DNA of 64,000 bases from an uncultured Pseudomonadota bacterium (GTDB lineage Bacteria; Pseudomonadota; Alphaproteobacteria; JACZXZ01), in contig CAVVLJ010000004.1 in assembly GCA_963749075.1 (NCBI GenBank), positions 384,001-448,000 on the forward strand, in the 5' to 3' direction. The stretch's first letter is position 1, and every line of letters starts with the position of its first letter. The translations under genes were made by a program, and so were the position numbers. Under the pieces are notes generated by a model that saw only the letters and a list, made by a program, of their open reading frames with translations, did not search any database and was not told where the DNA came from. Shown here piece by piece: positions 54,053 to 63,198 of the stretch.

Positions 54053-55473
54053 ATGACGAACATGCGCGATGCCGACGTCCTGAGACGCGCCCAAGAGCAC
54101 GCGGTCGCGTTCCTCGACGGCCTTGACGAGCGGCCGATCTGCGCCACGGTCGGCGGGGCCGAGCTCCGGCGGAGACTGGGCGGCGCGCTGCCCGAGCGGC
54201 CGAGCGATCCGCTCACGGTCATCGACGATCTCGTGCGCGGCGTGGAGGGCGGCATCCTCGCCTCCACGGGCGGGCGTTTCTTCGGCTGGGTCATCGGCGG
54301 CGCGCTCCCCGTGGCCCTCGCGGCCGATTGGCTGACCGCGACCTGGGACCAGAACGCGGCCTCCCATGCCTGCAGCCCGGCCGAGGCGGTGATCGAGGAG
54401 GTGTGCGGCGCCTGGCTCAAGGAGCTCTTGGGCCTGCCCGCCGCGGCGTCCTTCGCCTTCGTGACCGGCTGCCAGATGGCGCATACGACGGCCCTCGGCG
54501 CGGCGCGCCACAAGCTGCTTATGGCGCGCGGCTTCGACGTGGAGCGCCGCGGCCTCGCTGGCACGCCCGCCATGCGCGTGCTTGCGAGCGAGAGCCGCCA
54601 CGAATCGATCCTGCGCTCGGTGCGCCTCCTCGGTATCGGCAGCGATGCCGTCGAACTGCTCCCTACGGACGATGCGGGCAACCTCCGGCTCGAGGCGCTC
54701 GCCGCAGCGCTCGCCCAAGACAGGGCCCGGCCGACGGTGGTCTGCCTGCAGGCGGGCGATATCCACACCGGGGCCTTCGATCCCTTCGCCGAAGCCTGCG
54801 CGCTGGCCCATGGGGCCGGATCTGGGTCCACGTCGACGGCGCCTTCGGCCTCTGGGCGGCGACGAGCGGGCGCTACCGCCACCTCCTCGCCGGCGTCGAG
54901 GCGGCCAATTCCTGGGCGACCGACGGCCACAAATGGCTCAACCTGCCCTTCGACAGCGGCTTCGTGTTCGTGGCCGACCCGGCAGCGCACAGCGCCGTCT
55001 TCTCGCAGCCGACGAGCTACGCAGTCCCGGTCGAGGGCATGCGCGAGGAGAAGGACTGGAACCCCGAATGGTCGCGGCGCGGCCGCGCCGTCGCCGCCTA
55101 TGCCGCCATCCGGGCGCTCGGCCGCGCGGGCATCGCCGAGATCGTCGAGCGCTGCTGCGATTTCGCCGCCAAGCTCGTCGACGGCCTGGCGGCACTCCCC
55201 GGCGTCGAGGTCCTGGCACGGCCGCGCATCAACCAGGCGCTCGTGCGCTTCCGCGACGAGGGCGGCGACCACGACCGGCGCACCGATCAGGTCATCGCGC
55301 GCATCCAGGCCTCGGGCGAGGCCTGGTTCGGCGGCGCCACCTGGCGTGGGATGCGGGCCATGCGCATCTCCGTGTGCAACTGGCGGACGGGCGAGGACGA
55401 CCTCGAGCCGGTGCTCGCGGCCGTCCGCCGCAGCCTCGGCAACACGTCGGGCGTTGGTGCCTCCAGTCATTGA
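54053..55473 (+). CDS. Group II PLP-dependent amino-acid decarboxylase; apparent 1-base deletion near 54820
   Basis: RFFGWVIGG, WDQN, HESI, WVHVDGAFG, TDGHKW, RISVCNW. Confidence 0.88.
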
Positions 55474-55483
55474 TGCGTGGTGC

Positions 55484-55583
55484 ACCCCCCACCCCAGCCC
55501 TCCCCCTCAAGGGGGGAGGGGGAATTTTGCGAGCCCGCCACTATTTTCCCTCCCCCCTTGAGGGGGAGGGCAGGGTGGGGGGT
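55484..55583. repeat. Inverted pair of REP-like palindromes, family A
   Basis: Arms near-identical to 30756-30856; spacer shares CCGCCA and both copies end GGTAGA. Confidence 0.85.
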
Positions 55584-55689
55584 AGACCATGCGCCTATGA
55601 GTCGAGTTCGCGCCCCGATCGACCCTCGCGGTCTTGGCGCAAGGCTTCCCGGATGCTAGGGTCGGCGCCTCACGGAAAGGCAGGGGCCG

Positions 55690-56745
55690 ATGAACTTCGC
55701 GAGCGACAATGTGACCGGTGCGGCGCCGGAGATCCTCGCGGCACTCGCCGCGGCGAACGAGGGCGCCATGATGCCCTACGGCAGCGACCCCATCACCAGG
55801 CGCCTCGAGGCCGCCTTCGACGCCCTCTTCGAGCGGGAGGTCGCGGCCTTCCCGGTGGCGACGGGGAGTGCCGCCAACGTGCTGGCGCTCGCTTGCATGA
55901 CGCCGCCCTACGGCGCCATCTATTGCCATCCGGACTCCCACATCAACACGGACGAGTGCGGCGCACCCGAGCTCTTCACCGGCGGCGCCAAGCTGGTGCC
56001 CATCCCGGGTGCCGCGGGCAAGATCGCCGCCGCCGATTTCGCGGCCGTGCTCGCGCATGCGGGGAAGGGCGTCGTGCACCACGTGCAGCCCGCCGCCATC
56101 AGCCTCACCAACGAGACGGAGGCGGGGACGCTCTACCGGCCCGAGGAAATCCGCGCCATTGCCGAGATCGCCCATGCCAATGGGCTCTTCGTGCATATGG
56201 ACGGCGCCCGCTTCGCCAATGCCGTAGCAGCCATGGGCGCCACGCCGGCCGAGCTCACCTGGCGCGCGGGCGTCGACGCGCTCTCCTTCGGCGCCACCAA
56301 GAACGGAGCGCTGGGCGCCGAGGCGGTCGTCTTCTTCGAGCCCAAGCTCGCCGAGAGCTTCGGCTACCGCCGCAAGCGGGGCGGCCATCTCTTCTCCAAG
56401 ATGCGCTTCGTCTCGGCCCAGCTCGAGGCCTATCTCAAGGACGGCCTCTGGCTCAAATGCGCGCGCCACGCCAACGCCATGGCCGAGCGCCTCGCCGAGG
56501 GTCTCAAGTCGGTGCCGGGGGCAGCGCTCCTCTACCCCGTCGAGGGCAACGAGATCTTCGCGCGCATCCCCGACGCCGCCATCAAGGGCGCCTTCGCCGA
56601 CGGCTACGTCTTCTACCGCTGGGAGGGCGAGGGGGGCGAGAAATGCCGCCTCGTCTGCGCCTTCGACACGCGTGCCGAGGACGTCGACGGCCTCATCGCC
56701 TCGCTCGCGCGGCACGCGGGCGCGGGCCTGCTGAGGCGCGCTTGA
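55690..56745 (+). CDS. ltaE: Low-specificity L-threonine aldolase
   Basis: NFASDN, TGSAAN, HINTDECGAPE, HMDGARFAN, GATKNG. Confidence 0.92.
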   Translation: MNFASDNVTGAAPEILAALAAANEGAMMPYGSDPITRRLEAAFDALFEREVAAFPVATGSAANVLALACMTPPYGAIYCHPDSHINTDECGAPELFTGGAKLVPIPGAAGKIAAADFAAVLAHAGKGVVHHVQPAAISLTNETEAGTLYRPEEIRAIAEIAHANGLFVHMDGARFANAVAAMGATPAELTWRAGVDALSFGATKNGALGAEAVVFFEPKLAESFGYRRKRGGHLFSKMRFVSAQLEAYLKDGLWLKCARHANAMAERLAEGLKSVPGAALLYPVEGNEIFARIPDAAIKGAFADGYVFYRWEGEGGEKCRLVCAFDTRAEDVDGLIASLARHAGAGLLRRA

Positions 56746-56783
56746 GCCGAGGCGCGATCGCGCATCATCCCGGGAGCCAGGCC

Positions 56784-57374
56784 ATGAGCAAGGCCGCGAG
56801 CAAGGCCACGAGCAAGGACCGCATGCCGCCGCTCGCGGCGGAGGCGCTCGATGCGGCGCAGAGGAAGGCGGTCGAGGCCTTCACGGCCGCGCGCGGCACG
56901 GCGCCCTTCGGCCCCTTCGTGCCGCTCCTGCGCAGCCCCGAGGTCATGCTGCGCGCCTCGGCACTCGGCGAGTACCTGCGCTACAAGAACGCGCTGCCGA
57001 GGAAGCTCGGCGAGCTCGCGATCCTCGTGACCGCGCGGCTGTGGAGCCAGCAGTTCGAGTGGCATCATCACCGGGCGTTTGCCCTCGAGGCGGGGCTCGC
57101 GGCGGAGACCATCTCGGCGCTGGCCGAGGGGCGCCGGCCCGACGGGCTCGCCGAAGAGGAGGCCGCGGTCTACGACTTCCTCTCGGAGCTCAACGCCAAC
57201 CGCTCGGTGAGCGACGCGAGCTACGCCCGGGTGCTCGCGAGCTTCGGCGAGCGCGGCATCATCGACCTCGTGGGCATCGCCGGCTACTACGGCCTCCTTG
57301 CCATGGCAATGAACGTGGCGCGCACGCCGCTCCCCGCGGGCACAGCGCCGCCGCTCTCCAAGATGCCGGATTGA
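56784..57374 (+). CDS. Carboxymuconolactone decarboxylase family protein
   Basis: GPFVPLLRSP, ELAILVTAR, FEWHHH, DLVGIAGYY. Confidence 0.87.
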   Translation: MSKAASKATSKDRMPPLAAEALDAAQRKAVEAFTAARGTAPFGPFVPLLRSPEVMLRASALGEYLRYKNALPRKLGELAILVTARLWSQQFEWHHHRAFALEAGLAAETISALAEGRRPDGLAEEEAAVYDFLSELNANRSVSDASYARVLASFGERGIIDLVGIAGYYGLLAMAMNVARTPLPAGTAPPLSKMPD

Positions 57375-57396
57375 GCGCGCCGGCCGCCGGCCGCGG

Positions 57397-57498
57397 TCAA
57401 TCGAGGATCCAGCTCAGAAGCGCCATCAGCATGAGGACGGCGCCGAGAAAGCCGATCACCACGATGCCCCACGAATCGATCTTCAGGCGGCGCTTCAT
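57397..57498 (-). CDS. Putative 33-aa single-TM peptide
   Basis: MKRRLKIDSWGIVVIGFLGAVLMLMALLSWILD; basic N-terminus plus TM, host-like codons, no clear RBS. Confidence 0.45.
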   Translation of the reverse strand: MKRRLKIDSWGIVVIGFLGAVLMLMALLSWILD

Positions 57499-57619
57499 GG
57501 CCGGATATGCGGCGCGCTTGCCATGGGATGTCACTTGCCCCCCTCCCGCTCCCCGCACCATATACGCGCGAGCGGCCGTTGCCCGGCTCGCCAGGACTGC
57601 CGCTTCGACCGCAGCGGGG

Positions 57620-57648
57620 TTGCCAGGGCGGACGGGGCGGTGTATGTA
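57620..57648 (+). promoter_or_regulatory. Putative tRNA promoter
   Basis: TTGCCA-N17-TATGTA followed by a GC-rich discriminator. Confidence 0.45.
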
Positions 57649-57663
57649 GGCCGCCCGGCCGCG

Positions 57664-57739
57664 GTCCCCATCGTCTAGAGGCCCAGGACGGAGCCCTCTC
57701 ACGGCTCAAACCGGGGTTCGAATCCCCGTGGGGACGCCA
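57664..57739 (+). tRNA. tRNA-Glu(CTC)
   Basis: Acceptor GTCCCCA/TGGGGAC, anticodon arm GAGCC-CTCTCAC-GGCTC, GTTCGAATC T-loop, encoded CCA. Confidence 0.96.
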
Positions 57740-58005
57740 AAATACGCTCATCCAAGACGTCATACCCCTGCCGGCGCGGCGCCTGCACCGGCCGGTCCTT
57801 GCCGCTCCAAGGGGTTTGGGGTCGGCGTGGATTTCTCCAATTCCTTTGCCATCGGCGGTGATCTTTATCCGACACACGGGCGGACTCTGATTTGAGAGGG
57901 ATTCCCACGCACCAGGGTCCGCCTACTTACGCCGCCGCCGCGGTCAATGACACATTGTCCCCCGGAAATCAGATAAATCGCGATCTCTCCTGCGAGTTGG
58001 CTCGC

Positions 58006-58326
58006 TCATGCCGCCTTGCCTGTCCGCCGGCGCGCAGGTGCCTTTTTCACTGGACGCGCCGCCAGGTCCAGCCCGAGCGCGCGCATCACGCCGAGCATGG
58101 TCGAGAACTCCGGATTGCCCGCTTCGCCGAGCGCCTTGTAGAGACTTTCGCGGTTCAGGCCCGCCGCACGCGCAACTTCCGACATGCCGCGAGCACGGGC
58201 GACGATGCCGACCGCATCGCGAACAAGGCCTGGGTCGCCAGTCTCCAGCGCCGCGGAAATGTATTCCGCCTGCCGCTCGATGGTGTCGAGATATTCCGCC
58301 GCGTCAAACTTCGTGGTCTTGACCAT
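58006..58326 (-). CDS. Addiction module antidote protein (HI1420-like HTH)
   Basis: FDAAEYL, ARARGMSEVA..GLNRESLYKAL..GNPEFST. Confidence 0.9.
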   Translation of the reverse strand: MVKTTKFDAAEYLDTIERQAEYISAALETGDPGLVRDAVGIVARARGMSEVARAAGLNRESLYKALGEAGNPEFSTMLGVMRALGLDLAARPVKKAPARRRTGKAA

Positions 58327-58332
58327 GTCGCT

Positions 58333-58398
58333 TTACTCCCGAAACTCCTTGGCCAAGGCTTTCGCAAGCCTGACGTCACGCGGTTGTGCGCCGCCGCA
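58333..58398 (-). pseudogene. C-terminal remnant of an HI1419-like (RelE-fold) addiction module killer gene
   Basis: Manual translation CGGAQPRDVRLAKALAKEFRE*, resembling the CGGDKxxQxRDIxxAK family tail; ends 6 bp before the antidote ATG. Confidence 0.7.
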
Positions 58399-58407
58399 CT
58401 CCTGCCG

Positions 58408-58803
58408 TCAGCTTTGCCAATCCTCGATCCGCAGTCCCGGCACACGCGCGTACTCGCTCCTGTTGTGCGTGACGAGGATCATGTTGCGCGCCATGGCCTG
58501 CCCGGCGATCAGCACGTCGTAAGGGCCGATGGGCGTTCCCTTGCCGGCGAGATACGCCCGCACCTTGCCGGCTTGCCGTGCGTCTTCCCTGTCGAAATCG
58601 AGCACGGCAAACTGGAGAGCATCCACGAGGGCGACGTTATGGGCCGCGCGCCGGCTCTTGAAGGCGCCGTAGAAGAGCTCGTGCGCCACGATGGCGGACA
58701 TGGCCACGTCGCCGGGCCTCTCCCGCCGCGCGCGTTGCGCAGCTCTCGACGCGGTGTCGTTCAGCAGGGCAATGACCGCGTTGGCGTCGAGGAGATAACG
58801 CAT
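58408..58803 (-). CDS. vapC: VapC PIN-domain toxin
   Basis: YLLDAN, ELFYG, PIGPYDVLIAG, LVTHN..E. Confidence 0.92.
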   Translation of the reverse strand: MRYLLDANAVIALLNDTASRAAQRARRERPGDVAMSAIVAHELFYGAFKSRRAAHNVALVDALQFAVLDFDREDARQAGKVRAYLAGKGTPIGPYDVLIAGQAMARNMILVTHNRSEYARVPGLRIEDWQS

Positions 58804-59048
58804 CAGCGGAACAATTCGTCGAGCGCAGGACGCTCCTGCGGCTCCGGCTCCTCTTCGGCGGCGCGAATGAAATCCTCATCGAGCTGGCCTGCGATCGCGT
58901 CCAGCCAACTCCAGTCCTCGGCCATGGGCTCGAGGATGACGGCGCTGCCGTGGCGCCGGATGCGCACCGCCTCGCCCTCGAAGCGAAACTCCTTCGGCAA
59001 CCGCACCGCCTGCGATCGCCCGGACCAGAAAATCTTCGCCGTTTCCAT
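58803..59048 (-). CDS. vapB: VapB (AbrB/SpoVT-type) antitoxin
   Basis: AKIFWSGRSQAVRLPKEFRF, QERP. Confidence 0.93.
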   Translation of the reverse strand: METAKIFWSGRSQAVRLPKEFRFEGEAVRIRRHGSAVILEPMAEDWSWLDAIAGQLDEDFIRAAEEEPEPQERPALDELFR

Positions 59049-59062
59049 GGCCGCACCTCGAT

Positions 59063-59085
59063 GCCATATATCAATGATATATAGC
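59063..59085. promoter_or_regulatory. vapBC operator palindrome
   Basis: Perfect IR ATATATCA-A-TGATATAT (59066-59082) just upstream of vapB. Confidence 0.75.
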
Positions 59086-59170
59086 AGCGCGCCCATGCCA
59101 GTGCAAGTCTCCTCTTCGCGCAGAAGTTTCCGCTAGTCCGATTGGCCGCGATCGCAGTCGAGGCCTGCGC

Positions 59171-59617
59171 TCACGAGAGCGCTCGGAGTTCGGCGCGCAG
59201 GTCGTCGGGGTCGCAGCGCTTGAGGAGACGCTCGATTGCCGCGTGGGTGCGCTTCCAGACGGGCACGGTCGCGATGAGAAGCGCCCGGCCGGCCGGGCTC
59301 AGCGTCAAGCGGCGGCTCCGCCTGTCCGCGGCGTCGGCCGTCACCCTGACAAGGCCGCGGCGCTCGAGCGGCTTCAGATTGGCGGTGAGCGTGGTGCGGT
59401 CCATGCCCAAGAGGGCCGATACGCCGCCGATGCTCGGCGGCTCCTGGCGGTTGAGCGACATGAGGAGCGAGAACTGGCCGCTCGTTAGCCCGAGCGGCCG
59501 CAGCGCCGCGTCGAAGCGCCGGGCCACGCCGCGCGCCGCCCGCTGCAGATGGAGGCAGAGGCAGGCATCGCGGACCTCGAGCGTGATTGCGAAGGGCGGC
59601 GCTTTACGGTTTGACAC
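59171..59617 (-). CDS. MarR family regulator with N-terminal CxC
   Basis: CLCLHLQRAAR, QFSLL, MDRTTLTANLKPLERRG, DRRSR. Confidence 0.9.
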   Translation of the reverse strand: MSNRKAPPFAITLEVRDACLCLHLQRAARGVARRFDAALRPLGLTSGQFSLLMSLNRQEPPSIGGVSALLGMDRTTLTANLKPLERRGLVRVTADAADRRSRRLTLSPAGRALLIATVPVWKRTHAAIERLLKRCDPDDLRAELRALS

Positions 59618-59628
59618 CCCCTAAATAT

Positions 59629-59640
59629 GTTGATATCAAC
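59629..59640. promoter_or_regulatory. Putative MarR operator
   Basis: Perfect palindrome GTTGATATCAAC in the 42-bp gap between the divergent genes. Confidence 0.7.
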
Positions 59641-59659
59641 CTAAAAGGTCAAGGCGGGA

Positions 59660-59935
59660 ATGAGCATGCCGACGGTGTCGTTCACGAGCGCGCTGCAGCG
59701 CTTTCTGCCGGTGCCGTCCGCGGAAGTACCGGGCGCCACGGTGGGCGACGCGCTCGGCGCCGTGTTCGCTGGGCAGCCGGCGCTGCGCGGCTACCTGCTC
59801 GACGACCAGGGCGCCTTGCGCCGCCACGTCGCCGTCTACATAAACGGCCGGCCGGTGAGCGACCGCCAGCACTTGAGCGACCCGATCGGGCGGCACGACG
59901 AAATCTATGTTTTCCAGGCACTGACCGGCGGCTGA
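59660..59935 (+). CDS. MoaD/ThiS-like ubiquitin-fold protein
   Basis: GATV, LRRHVAVYING, C-terminal ALTGG diglycine. Confidence 0.88.
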   Translation: MSMPTVSFTSALQRFLPVPSAEVPGATVGDALGAVFAGQPALRGYLLDDQGALRRHVAVYINGRPVSDRQHLSDPIGRHDEIYVFQALTGG

Positions 59936-59946
59936 CGGAGGCGAGC

Positions 59947-61035
59947 ATGGCAGACCGGCTCCATGTCGGGACCCGCAAAGGGCTCTTCGAGCTCGCGCGC
60001 CGCAACAGCGGCTGGGAGATCGTGGACGCGCATTTCCTCGGCGATCCGGTCTCGGCGGTGCTGGCGGAGGGCGAGGGGGCGCTCACCGCGGCGCTCGATC
60101 TTGGCCATTTCGGCACCAAGCTGTGGCGCCGCGAGGGTGCCGGCGCCTGGCGCGAGCTCGCGGCCCCGGCGTTCCCGCCAAAGCCGGACGATGCCGCCGA
60201 CGATCCGCATCCCTGGTCGCTCGGCAAGATCTGGGCGCTCGAGCCGGGCGGCGTCGAGGGGCGCCTCTGGGCCGGCACCATGCCGGGCGGGCTCTTCCGC
60301 TCCGACGACCATGGCGCCTCCTGGTCGCTCGTCGAGACGCTCTGGCGCATGCCCGAGCGCCGGCAGTGGCTGGGCGTCGCCGGCGGCGAGCAGCCGGGCA
60401 TCAACTCCGTGCTCGTCGACCCGCGCGATCCCTCCGACATCCGCATCGGCGTGTCGACCGCAGGCGTGTGGGCGACGAGCGACGCCGGCGCCTCGTGGCG
60501 CATCATCAACCGCGGCATGTACAACGAGTACATGCCGCCGGAGCGGCGCGAGGACCCGATCGCCCAGGACGTCCATCGCCTCGCGCGCTGCGCAGCGCAC
60601 CCCGAGGTCGTGTGGTGCCAGCACCACAACGGCGTCTTCCGCTCGGAGGACGCGGGTGCGAGCTGGCGCGAGGTGACGGCGATCCGCCCCTCGAAGTTCG
60701 GCTTTGCCGTGGCCGCCCATCCGCGCGACCCTGGGACCGCGTGGTTCGTCCCCGCCGTCAAGGACGAGCGGCGCATCCCCTTGGGCGGCCGGCTCGTGGT
60801 CGCGCGCACCCGCGACGGCGGGGAAAGCTTCGAGCTGCTGAGCCAAGGCCTGCCGCAGCGCCACGCCTACGATCTCGTGTGGCGCCATGCCCTCGCCGTC
60901 GACGCGGGCGGCGAGCGGCTCGCCTTCGGCTCGACCAGCGGCGGCCTGTGGCTCTCCGAGGACGGCGGCCAATCCTGGACCATGCCCGAGGCGCGGCTGC
61001 CGCCGATCGCGGTGGTGCGCTTTGCCTCCGATTGA
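59947..61035 (+). CDS. Cytoplasmic BNR/Asp-box beta-propeller protein
   Basis: VGTRKGLF and five Asp-boxes (SDDHGASW, SDAGASW, SEDAGASW, TRDGGESF, SEDGGQSW); no signal peptide. Confidence 0.85.
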   Translation: MADRLHVGTRKGLFELARRNSGWEIVDAHFLGDPVSAVLAEGEGALTAALDLGHFGTKLWRREGAGAWRELAAPAFPPKPDDAADDPHPWSLGKIWALEPGGVEGRLWAGTMPGGLFRSDDHGASWSLVETLWRMPERRQWLGVAGGEQPGINSVLVDPRDPSDIRIGVSTAGVWATSDAGASWRIINRGMYNEYMPPERREDPIAQDVHRLARCAAHPEVVWCQHHNGVFRSEDAGASWREVTAIRPSKFGFAVAAHPRDPGTAWFVPAVKDERRIPLGGRLVVARTRDGGESFELLSQGLPQRHAYDLVWRHALAVDAGGERLAFGSTSGGLWLSEDGGQSWTMPEARLPPIAVVRFASD

Positions 61036-61099
61036 GCGCAGGCGGAAGCGGAGACCCAGTCACTATATCGTTCACCCCCAACCGAGAGACGGAGCAGCC

Positions 61100-61513
61100 A
61101 TGCAAATCCAACCTTACCTCTTCTTCGACGGGCGCTGCGAGGAGGCGCTCGAGTTCTATCGCAAAGCGGTCGGCGCCGAAGTGACGATGCTCATGCGCTA
61201 CAAGGACAATCCCGAGCGCAACGCGGGCTGCAACCTGCCGGCCGGCAACGACGACAAGGTGATGCATGCGAGCTTGCGCATCGGCGATGCGACGGTGCTG
61301 GCGTCCGACGGCCGCTGCCAGGGGCGGCCGAGCTTCCAGGGCTTTGCACTCTCGCTCACGGTCGCCGACGATGCCGAGGCCGTGCGGCGCTTCGCCGCTC
61401 TCGCGGAGGGCGGGCAAGTGCAGATGGCCTTGGGCAAGACCTTCTTCTCCTCGAGCTTCGGCATGGTCGCCGACCGCTTCGGCGTCTTCTGGATGGTCTA
61501 CGTGGCACCTTGA
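61100..61513 (+). CDS. VOC/PhnB-like (glyoxalase-fold) protein
   Basis: PYLFFDGRCEEALEFY, VMHA, FGMVADRFGVFW. Confidence 0.9.
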   Translation: MQIQPYLFFDGRCEEALEFYRKAVGAEVTMLMRYKDNPERNAGCNLPAGNDDKVMHASLRIGDATVLASDGRCQGRPSFQGFALSLTVADDAEAVRRFAALAEGGQVQMALGKTFFSSSFGMVADRFGVFWMVYVAP

Positions 61514-61544
61514 GGCACTGGCCGCAGCGCCGGGCTGGCCGCGA

Positions 61545-61844
61545 TCAGAGCACGGCCGAGGCGATCGCTGCGGCGCCGAAGCCGGCCCCCAACGCGGCCC
61601 ATTCCCGCTTCGTGGCGGCCATGGTGGCGACGGCGCCGATGCAGCCGAGGAGACTCGGCCAGCCGCCTTGCAGGATGCCGGCGGCGGCAAAGGCGGCGAA
61701 GAGATTGCCGGGCGCCAGGCGCAACAGCCGCGGCAGCAGGCCGCGCTCCGGCATCGCGCCTGCAGCGAGGAAGCCGCCTGCGCGCATCGCGTAGCTCGCG
61801 GCGCCGACCGCGAGAATGACGGCGAGGACCTGCATCTCAGGCAT
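61545..61844 (-). CDS. azlD: AzlD-like branched-chain amino acid exporter small subunit
   Basis: Hydrophobic 99 aa, ASYAMRAGG; overlaps azlC. Confidence 0.75.
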   Translation of the reverse strand: MPEMQVLAVILAVGAASYAMRAGGFLAAGAMPERGLLPRLLRLAPGNLFAAFAAAGILQGGWPSLLGCIGAVATMAATKREWAALGAGFGAAAIASAVL

Positions 61845-62559
61845 CGTCGCCGCGCACCGCGCTCAACAGGGTGCCCGTGCCGCCGCCGAGGAGCATGGCC
61901 CAGCTTGCGCCGAGCGTGCCCGCCACCAGCAACCCCACTGCCGCGGAAAGAGCCCAGGGCAGCAGGCTGCGCCGGCCGCGCCATTGGGTCGGCAGGAGTA
62001 CCACGACAAAGGCCAGCGGCAGGAACAGGGCGGCGAAGGCCAGCGGTCCGTGGGGCTCGAGCGGCAAGGCATGGCCGAGCGCCGTGCCGCCGATCCAGCC
62101 GATCGCCATCGGCAGGCTGCTGCCCAGGAGATAACCCGCGTCGCGCCGGCCGCGCCCGGCCTCGGCCGCCGTCATCAGCCACGACGCGTCGGCCAGGAGC
62201 GCCAGCATCGGCAGCATCACGCGCCGCGGCACGTCGGCGAAGAGCTGGCGGAGGTGTGCTCCCATGACCAGGTAGCGGGCGTTCGTCACCGCGCAAGCGA
62301 CCACCATCGCCGCGATCGGCGGCGGGGTCGCCCAGAGGCCGAGCGTGACGGCCTGCGCCGTGGCGGAATAGACTGCGGTGCTGAAGAGCGCCGCGCTTGC
62401 GAGGTCCAGCCCCAAGCCGCGATAGGCGACGCCCATGACGATGCCGCCCACCCCGTTGCTGACGATGAAGGGCAGGGCAGCCACGAAGCCGCGGCGGAAG
62501 CCGGCCGCCGTGCAAGGCGAGGCGGAGGAGGGGGCTGGCGTTCTCATGGTCATGGGCAT
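61837..62559 (-). CDS. azlC: AzlC family exporter
   Basis: VYSATAQ, NARYLVMG, LADASW, WIGGT; start may be 62553. Confidence 0.85.
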   Translation of the reverse strand: MPMTMRTPAPSSASPCTAAGFRRGFVAALPFIVSNGVGGIVMGVAYRGLGLDLASAALFSTAVYSATAQAVTLGLWATPPPIAAMVVACAVTNARYLVMGAHLRQLFADVPRRVMLPMLALLADASWLMTAAEAGRGRRDAGYLLGSSLPMAIGWIGGTALGHALPLEPHGPLAFAALFLPLAFVVVLLPTQWRGRRSLLPWALSAAVGLLVAGTLGASWAMLLGGGTGTLLSAVRGDDA

Positions 62560-62568
62560 TAGAATAGG

Positions 62569-63198
62569 GTGATGGCTTCGATGTCAAGGGATGCCGCGCG
62601 CGCGGCGGCGCAATTCTTCGGCGGCCGCGTCTGCCTGGACTTCGCCAACACGATGGACTGGCGCACGTCGGACGCACCGCAGGAGATGATCCCCGATTAC
62701 GCAGCACTCCTCGCCTGGAGCAAGGCGCGCGGCATTCTGCCGGCACAGGCCTCAGCACGTTTGCGAAGAGAGGGCGCGCGGCAGCCGGCAGCCGCGGCCG
62801 CCGTCCTGCGGGAAGCGCACGCGCTGCGGAGCGAGATCTGGAAGGCGGCGGACGCCTTGCGCCGCCACGGCCGCGTGCCTCTCGAGCCGTTCAACCGCAG
62901 GCTCGCTGCCCTGCCGGCCCAGCCGCCGCTCTTAAGGGGCGGGGCGGGTTACGTCCACGACTTGCCGGGCAAGGCGCTCGAGGAGCCCCTGTGGCCCGTG
63001 CTGTGGTCTCTCTCGGCGCTCTTCTCCTCCGAGGATGCGGCCCGCGTGGGCTGCTGCCAGGCGCAAGGCTGCGGCTGGTTCTTCGTCGACGAGAGCCCGA
63101 ACCGCACCCGCTTGTGGTGCTCCAGCGAGGTCTGCGGCAACCGGGAGCGCGCCCGGCGGGCCTATGCGAAACGCCGGTCGGGACCCGCACGCGATTAA
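62569..63198 (+). CDS. CGNR zinc finger (ABATE) domain protein
   Basis: LDFANT, C....CGWFFVD.S..R.WCS..CGNR. Confidence 0.92.
   Translation: MMASMSRDAARAAAQFFGGRVCLDFANTMDWRTSDAPQEMIPDYAALLAWSKARGILPAQASARLRREGARQPAAAAAVLREAHALRSEIWKAADALRRHGRVPLEPFNRRLAALPAQPPLLRGGAGYVHDLPGKALEEPLWPVLWSLSALFSSEDAARVGCCQAQGCGWFFVDESPNRTRLWCSSEVCGNRERARRAYAKRRSGPARD

Noticed and set aside
57900-57970. Possible IS end fragment downstream of tRNA-Glu
   Set aside because: No partner inverted repeat, target duplication or transposase fragment could be identified.
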